Source: Escherichia coli
Lineage (GTDB): Bacteria > Pseudomonadota > Gammaproteobacteria > Enterobacterales > Enterobacteriaceae
DNA length: 3,747 bases
Direction: 5' to 3' (one strand)
Assembly: GCF_003334255.1 (NCBI RefSeq)
Contig: NZ_QOWU01000116.1
The notes under the pieces were generated by a model. The model ran no database searches. It saw only the letters and a program-made list of their open reading frames with translations, and had not been told where the DNA came from. This document shows, in pieces, positions 1 to 3,747 of this stretch. The number at the start of each line of letters is the position of its first letter. Positions within the stretch are counted from its first letter, which is position 1. Position numbers and translations under genes: made by a program.

Positions 1-134
1 GTGAAGACAGCGACCTCCGTCTGGCCGGTTCGGATTCGTACCTCGCAGAGGTCTTTCCTCGTTACCAGTGCCGTCACTATGACGGTTAAACAGATGACGA
101 TCAGGGCGATTAACATCGCCTTTTGCTGCTTCAT
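1..134 (-). CDS. hokD: Hok-family type I membrane toxin HokD/RelF, 3'-truncated by the window edge (first 44 codons present)
   Basis: Minus-strand ATG at 134-132 with AGGAG 9 nt upstream (complement of 144-148). My manual translation is MKQQKAMLIALIVICLTVIVTALVTRKDLCEVRIRTGQTEVAVF, which I recognise as the Hok/Gef-family toxin encoded downstream of relE in E. coli. It is below the size cutoff of the ORF track and runs off the window at position 1. Confidence 0.85.
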   Translation of the reverse strand, partial: MKQQKAMLIALIVICLTVIVTALVTRKDLCEVRIRTGQTEVAVF

Positions 135-205
135 AGCCTGCTTCTCCTGTCAACGCAAAGCAGAAGTGTCACCTTCGGTGCGAAACAGAGATGTCATGCT
201 TTGGT

Positions 206-493
206 TCAGAGAATGCGTTTGACCGCCTCGCTATATACTTCCGAGCGTTCTCTTTTCCCAACAGAAATCACGAAAACGACAACTTTCTCGTCTATAACCT
301 GGTATACAAGGCGATAGCCTGAAGACCGGAGCTTAATCTTGTAACAATCAGGCATACCACGGAGCTTGTTTGCTTCAATCCGGGGTGACTCAAGTACTTC
401 AACCAGCTTCTTTTTCAACTGTTCACGTACCGTCGAGCCCAGCTTTCGCCATTCCTTTAGTGCCCGCTCGTCAAAATCCAGAAAATACGCCAT
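206..493 (-). CDS. relE: RelE type II toxin (ribosome-dependent mRNA endonuclease)
   Basis: 95-aa ORF MAYFLDFDERALKEWRKLGSTVREQLKKKL...VISVGKRERSEVYSEAVKRIL, recognised from memory as E. coli RelE. Its ATG (493-491) overlaps the relB stop codon by 1 nt (TGATG on the minus strand), the canonical coupled arrangement. Confidence 0.96.
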   Translation of the reverse strand: MAYFLDFDERALKEWRKLGSTVREQLKKKLVEVLESPRIEANKLRGMPDCYKIKLRSSGYRLVYQVIDEKVVVFVISVGKRERSEVYSEAVKRIL

Positions 494-732
494 CAGAGTT
501 CATCCAGCGTCACACGTACTGGCTTAGGATTACGAAGCCGTTCTTTCACTATCTCCACAAGTTCAGCATCTTCATCACTCAGGAGTGTCTGTTTGAACGG
601 CAAGCGTTCATTGTCAGCGATATACTCGAGCATGAGACGAAGCGCTTCAGAAGGAGTTACACCCATTTTTTCAAGCGCGGCGTAAGAACGCGCTTTAAGT
701 TCATCGTCAATACGCAGGTTAATGCTACCCAT
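493..732 (-). CDS. relB: RelB type II antitoxin (ribbon-helix-helix autorepressor)
   Basis: 79-aa ORF MGSINLRIDDELKARSYAALEKMGVTPSEALRLMLEYIADNERLPFKQTLLSDEDAELVEIVKERLRNPKPVRVTLDEL, recognised as RelB. GAGGTG Shine-Dalgarno sits 6 nt upstream of the ATG (complement of 739-744). The gene lies immediately upstream of relE in the same orientation. Confidence 0.96.
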   Translation of the reverse strand: MGSINLRIDDELKARSYAALEKMGVTPSEALRLMLEYIADNERLPFKQTLLSDEDAELVEIVKERLRNPKPVRVTLDEL

Positions 733-742
733 GTCTTACACC

Positions 743-796
743 TCTTGTAATTACAAATGTCATTACAAGTATCGCACTACAACATGCTTAGGGCAA
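743..796 (-). promoter_or_regulatory. relBE promoter with relO operator
   Basis: Minus strand reads TTGCCC (791-796) - 17 nt - GATACT (768-773), followed by CTTGTAATGACATTTGTAATTACAAG, which holds two TTGTAAT repeats and a perfect 12-bp palindrome TTGTAATTACAA (745-756). This matches the known RelB/RelB-RelE autoregulatory operator architecture. Exact -35/-10 assignment is by eye. Confidence 0.7.
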
Positions 797-1062
797 GTCA
801 CGAAGGAAGTCAGAAAGTAGTCGTAAGAACGGTGATCACTGTCCGCTTTGTGCCAGGAGCAGCCATTGCTAAGTCCATCCTGTATTGTGCAGGTCAGCTC
901 GTTTTTAAAGAGTCCGGCCATCATCTTACTGGTACAGACACCATATACTTTGTGACGGTCAGGCTACATATGCACAACTCAACTTATTCATCTATTTTTT
1001 GCTTTAGCATGTCAGTGTTGCTTTCTCGTCGGCGGGTGAGCGGTGACCTGACCTGTCGATAA
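757..1062 (+). CDS. ydfV: Hypothetical 101-aa ORF divergent from relB; position and length correspond to the annotated E. coli prophage ORF ydfV; coding status doubtful
   Basis: It is the only ORF of 60 aa or more in the relB-flxA gap that does not overlap a confident gene. Its ATG lies inside the relO operator, it has no Shine-Dalgarno, and the product is S/T/V/R-rich with no motif I recognise. The symbol is assigned from synteny (hokD-relE-relB-ydfV-flxA) and length as I recall them, not from sequence identity. Confidence 0.3.
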   Translation: MSLQVSHYNMLRASHEGSQKVVVRTVITVRFVPGAAIAKSILYCAGQLVFKESGHHLTGTDTIYFVTVRLHMHNSTYSSIFCFSMSVLLSRRRVSGDLTCR

Positions 1063-1214
1063 AGGAACGTAACACGTTTTATGCAACACCCGCATGCGGC
1101 AGAAAATTATTGCCGAACGTTTACCCCTGTCAACAAGCTTTACTTTCTGAGGCGCGCCAGCCCGCGAGGAAAACAATCTGAACATCAAACAATTAATGAC
1201 ACAAGAAATACGAT

Positions 1215-1241
1215 TAAAGATTTTTTTGTGCATGCCGATAG
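1215..1241 (+). promoter_or_regulatory. Sigma-28 (FliA) class 3 flagellar promoter driving flxA
   Basis: TAAAGATT (1215-1222) - 11 nt - GCCGATAG (1234-1241) against the consensus TAAAGTTT-N11-GCCGATAA, a 7/8 match in each element. It sits 24 nt upstream of the flxA start codon. Confidence 0.8.
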
Positions 1242-1264
1242 TGCTTTTTTAAAAGGAGAAATCT

Positions 1265-1597
1265 ATGTCTGTCACAATTCAGGGAAATACCTCAACCGTT
1301 ATTTCAAACAACTCCGCCCCGGAAGGAACATCAGAAATAGCCAAAATCACAAGACAAATTCAGGTGCTGACTGAAAAGCTTGGGAAAATCTCATCGGAAG
1401 AGGGGATGACGACACAGCAGAAAAAAGAAATGGCTGCATTGGTACAGAAGCAAATTGAAAGCCTCTGGGCTCAACTGGAGCAGTTGTTAAGGCAGCAGGC
1501 AGAGAAAAAGAATGAAGACGCGACAGTTCAGCCTGATAAAAAAGAAGAGAAAAAAGACGATACAAATACCGCTGGCACCATTGATATTTACGTCTAA
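1265..1597 (+). CDS. flxA: FlxA, FliA-regulated protein (small hydrophilic, coiled-coil-like, K/E/Q-rich)
   Basis: 110-aa ORF with AAGGAG (1253-1258) 6 nt upstream of the ATG, a sigma-28 promoter directly upstream and an intrinsic terminator directly downstream. The product MSVTIQGNTSTVISNNSAPEGTSEIAKITRQIQVLTEKL... is recognised as FlxA of the E. coli Qin prophage. Confidence 0.9.
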   Translation: MSVTIQGNTSTVISNNSAPEGTSEIAKITRQIQVLTEKLGKISSEEGMTTQQKKEMAALVQKQIESLWAQLEQLLRQQAEKKNEDATVQPDKKEEKKDDTNTAGTIDIYV

Positions 1598-1611
1598 GTG
1601 ACAGCCGTATT

Positions 1612-1634
1612 GTGGCCCTCATCGGGCCACTTTT
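1612..1634 (+). terminator. Rho-independent terminator of flxA
   Basis: GTGGCCC (1612-1618) - TCATC loop - GGGCCAC (1624-1630) followed by TTTT (1631-1634), starting 15 nt after the flxA stop codon. Confidence 0.75.
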
Positions 1635-2033
1635 CGCCATCAGCCTTTTCTTTAAAGACATATTATCTTTGTATCATTTCTGATAGTTAACATTACAAGA
1701 TATAAGTAATGGACGCACTCCCAATTAGTCTATTTAAATCGCCACGAGTTTAACTGACAACCCATGATCAATTATGAATTGCAACTATTTCTGTAGTCAC
1801 TTTTGTGGGGACAGTCCACAAAACTGCCAACTTCCGCTTCTTGCTCTTAGCGGACATTAGCATAGGCTATTTACCATAACGCCTCATTACGCGCACCGCC
1901 CAGACTGACTCAGCGCGTTTCTGGCATATCCCCGGTAAAACAAGTAACAAACCACCCGAAAATGAACACCAGAAACGCGACTTAAGAATCTACCCTATGA
2001 ATGGATATGCACTCAACCGAATCGATCTTGGTT

Positions 2034-3347
2034 TCAATCTTTTTTATCGGGATCAGGCTTCTTTTTAGGTAACTTCGGGGGCTTAACTTGCTGATGACTT
2101 TGCGTTCGGCGCGTAAGCCAGGGATGGTCAGCTTTAGGTTTAACATAGTATTTTGAGCGTAAATCAATACGGGCATTATCCACTCGTTCATGGACACTCT
2201 TTTCATCATCCAGTGGTATAGGCTCCGGGCCATCAACATACTTTTCCCAGCCCAGCGCTTTCCCGTCATACAGAACGTTAATTTCACCGTCAAAGTTCTC
2301 GCATACAGTAACAACCGAATGCCTAAGTCGATATCCCCGGCCCTCACTGCGTACCTGAAACGCACTGCTTTTGTACTGGAAAGTGAGATTTTTAGACAGA
2401 ACGCGCTTCGCCTGTAGGCTGAAGATATAACCCAGTTCCTCTTCAGAATGGTGCACATCAAGATGAGCATTATCAGTAGTACGAGGCGACGTAGCGAACC
2501 GGTTGTTATAGGCTTCAATAAAGGTCGGCAACCATGCATTTGCTGTTTCAATATCACTGATATTCTGAAGCCGCATTTCTTTGACCAGCCTGTCCTGTAG
2601 TGTCTGATTGGCGCGCTCTACCCGCCCTTTTGCCTGCGGGCTGTTGGCATGGATTGGCTCGATGCCCAGTGTCTTTATCGCACGAGTGAACTGGGTCAGC
2701 TCACCTTCCCGCTCTGGGTTATTTACCCTGAATATACTGTGTCTATCAGAGTAGAGAGCGAGCGATACGCCATGATCATTAAGGTAACCCCGGAGGGTTT
2801 CCATGTAAGCCCGGGTTGTTTCAGCAGGCACAAAACGCAACGCCATCAACGCACTGGTGGCATCATCAATGAAAACGATCAGTGTACATCTGGGGCCTCG
2901 ATTTTCAAACCAGTCATGAGGTGAGCCATCAATCTGGATCAGTTCACCGTAAGATGGTCGTCGCATGCGGCGTTGATATATACGGGCAATTTTACGACGG
3001 CGTTCACGCCATAACCCCTCTTCTATCATCCACTTTCTGAGAGTTTCAACGGATAAAGATAAACCGTGTATCTCGCGCAATTTTTCGCACGCAAACGTAG
3101 GTCCAAAATCAGCGTAACGGCCTTTGAGGAGTGAAATTACTGTTGCTCTGAATTCAGTAGAAAAGGAATTATTAGGACGCTTTCCACGTCGGTGGGAAAC
3201 CAGACCAGAAGGCCCTTCATTTCTATACCGTTGCACCAGACGTTTAACCTGCCGAATAGAAATGCCAATGCGTGCCGCAGCTTGTTCCTGAATAATCTGA
3301 AGTCGGTGGAGTTCCTTATGACTCATCGTAACAGTCTCTTTGATCAT
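2034..3347 (-). CDS. DDE transposase with N-terminal helix-turn-helix and integrase-core (rve-like) catalytic domain; IS481/ISNCY(IS1202-group)-like
   Basis: 437-aa ORF. The N-terminus (ELHRLQIIQEQAAARIGISIRQVKRLVQRYR) looks like a helix-turn-helix. Candidate catalytic triad in typical rve context and spacing: D in LIQIDGSPHDW, D in LALYSDRHSIF, E in AKGRVERANQTLQD. The C-terminus is basic and proline-rich (KPPKLPKKKPDPDKKD). GGGGGA Shine-Dalgarno sits 6 nt upstream of the ATG. Family placement is by motif recall, not alignment. Confidence 0.9.
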   Translation of the reverse strand: MIKETVTMSHKELHRLQIIQEQAAARIGISIRQVKRLVQRYRNEGPSGLVSHRRGKRPNNSFSTEFRATVISLLKGRYADFGPTFACEKLREIHGLSLSVETLRKWMIEEGLWRERRRKIARIYQRRMRRPSYGELIQIDGSPHDWFENRGPRCTLIVFIDDATSALMALRFVPAETTRAYMETLRGYLNDHGVSLALYSDRHSIFRVNNPEREGELTQFTRAIKTLGIEPIHANSPQAKGRVERANQTLQDRLVKEMRLQNISDIETANAWLPTFIEAYNNRFATSPRTTDNAHLDVHHSEEELGYIFSLQAKRVLSKNLTFQYKSSAFQVRSEGRGYRLRHSVVTVCENFDGEINVLYDGKALGWEKYVDGPEPIPLDDEKSVHERVDNARIDLRSKYYVKPKADHPWLTRRTQSHQQVKPPKLPKKKPDPDKKD

Positions 3348-3355
3348 GAAAAATC

Positions 3356-3375
3356 CCCCAGAGAATTGTCTGGGG
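3356..3375 (-). promoter_or_regulatory. Stem-loop in the transposase 5' leader that would sequester the Shine-Dalgarno
   Basis: The minus-strand RNA would read CCCCAGA-CAAUUC-UCUGGGG, 7-bp arms with a 6-nt loop. The 3' arm overlaps 4 of the 6 nt of the GGGGGA Shine-Dalgarno (3354-3359), which lies 6 nt before the ATG at 3347. Confidence 0.4.
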
Positions 3376-3524
3376 ACATTTTAGAATGGTTCAAAGGGGA
3401 CATTACAGCTTGGTGTTAACAATAGCCTGCTTCTCCGTGCCTTTCGGCACGTAAGAGGCTAACCTACATGTGTCTAGCATGAAATTGGCCTCAGATTAAT
3501 GTTAAGCGTCTTGCAGGACGCGTA

Positions 3525-3707
3525 ATGTTAACTGGGGCTTTTCTCTATCTGCCGTTGGTGTCCATGCCCGAGGCAGATAGCCTCAAGCACCCGCAGTCAT
3601 TCTACTTAACTAAGATTTCCCCGCAAACCGTTTTTGTCCAGCACAGTAAATATCCAACTAAACCAATGGAGTTCGCTGTATTTACCGCCAGTATTCAATG
3701 CACATGA
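3525..3707 (+). CDS. Hypothetical 60-aa protein, unknown function
   Basis: ORF with AGGA (3515-3518) 6 nt upstream of the ATG. Its TGA stop (3705-3707) overlaps the ATG (3704-3706) of a following in-frame-shifted ORF, the ATGA arrangement typical of translationally coupled genes. I do not recognise the product. Confidence 0.3.
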   Translation: MLTGAFLYLPLVSMPEADSLKHPQSFYLTKISPQTVFVQHSKYPTKPMEFAVFTASIQCT

Positions 3708-3747
3708 CCGCCATGAACACCCCTAAAAAAAGGGCATTTATATATCC
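3704..3747 (+). CDS. 5' end of a hypothetical ORF continuing beyond the window (MTAMNTPKKRAFIY...)
   Basis: ATG at 3704 overlaps the stop of the preceding ORF, with a second in-frame ATG at 3713. The reading frame is open to the window edge. Only 14 codons are visible, so the call rests on the coupling geometry alone. Confidence 0.25.
   Translation, partial: MTAMNTPKKRAFIY

Larger units (their letters stand above)
1686..3532. mobile_element. Putative insertion sequence carrying the transposase; termini unresolved (outer candidate bounds given)
   Basis: A single transposase gene flanked by non-coding DNA. The only perfect inverted repeat I found flanking it is 11 bp, GTTAACATTAC (1686-1696) with its reverse complement at 3522-3532. 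That length is near chance expectation for this window, and I saw no flanking direct repeat. An alternative, tighter element of about 1.6 kb would be bounded by the GGGGACA-containing motifs at 1801-1823 and 3372-3404. Confidence 0.25.

Noticed and set aside
1-750. Plus-strand ORFs 1-222 (73 aa), 123-317 (64 aa) and 370-750 (126 aa)
   Set aside because: All are antisense to the confidently identified hokD, relE and relB genes, lack ribosome-binding sites and have low-complexity products; they are shadow ORFs.
1012-1374. ORFs 1012-1233 (minus, 73 aa) and 1081-1374 (plus, 97 aa)
   Set aside because: They overlap the flxA sigma-28 promoter, ribosome-binding site and coding region out of frame, and have no ribosome-binding site of their own. 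They are incompatible with the well-supported flxA unit.
1347-1661. Minus-strand ORF of 104 aa
   Set aside because: Entirely antisense to flxA and its terminator; shadow ORF.
761-1699. Shared 9-mer CATTACAAG between the relO operator (761-769) and 1691-1699
   Set aside because: Identical 9-mers are expected many times by chance in 3.7 kb; there is no extended similarity and no reason to link the two sites.
1982-2557. Minus-strand ORF of 191 aa overlapping the transposase 3' half in another frame
   Set aside because: It is embedded in the transposase coding region in an alternate frame with no ribosome-binding site and a hydrophobic low-complexity product. It is much more likely a frame artefact than a programmed-frameshift partner, and I saw no slippery heptamer.
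3388-3400. GGTTCAAAGG resembling a tRNA T-loop
   Set aside because: No complementary T-stem, acceptor stem or anticodon arm can be drawn around it; not a tRNA.
2190-3419. Plus-strand ORFs 2190-2417, 2649-2924 and 3192-3419
   Set aside because: Antisense to the transposase gene; the last one also reads through the transposase ribosome-binding site and leader hairpin; shadow ORFs.
3436-3451. Hairpin CGTGCC-TTTC-GGCACG (GAAA tetraloop on the minus strand)
   Set aside because: Considered as a terminator, but there is no T-run on either strand. A 6-bp stem alone is too common to call a feature.
1-3747. CRISPR array or other tandem repeat array
   Set aside because: No regularly spaced direct repeats of 20 bp or more were seen anywhere in the window; the only repeats are the short motifs described in the findings.

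Overview
This window reads as a segment of an Escherichia-type cryptic lambdoid prophage (the arrangement at the Qin locus of E. coli K-12), with an IS-type transposase in its right half. All identifications rest on my reading and recall of the sequence; no database search was possible. Left, minus strand: a 3'-truncated hokD/relF type I toxin (1-134), relE (206-493) and relB (493-732), with the relO operator/promoter (743-796). Plus strand: a weak 101-aa divergent ORF (757-1062, ydfV-like), then flxA (1265-1597) behind a near-consensus sigma-28 promoter and followed by an intrinsic terminator. Right half: a 437-aa DDE transposase on the minus strand (2034-3347), flanked by about 400 bp of non-coding DNA on each side; I cannot define the element termini with confidence. 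A 60-aa ORF (3525-3707) is translationally coupled to an ORF that runs off the right edge. I see no CRISPR array, tRNA or rRNA. I do not find persuasive evidence of a novel multi-gene system: the unexplained material is regulatory structure around the transposase and the unidentified coupled ORF pair at the right edge.
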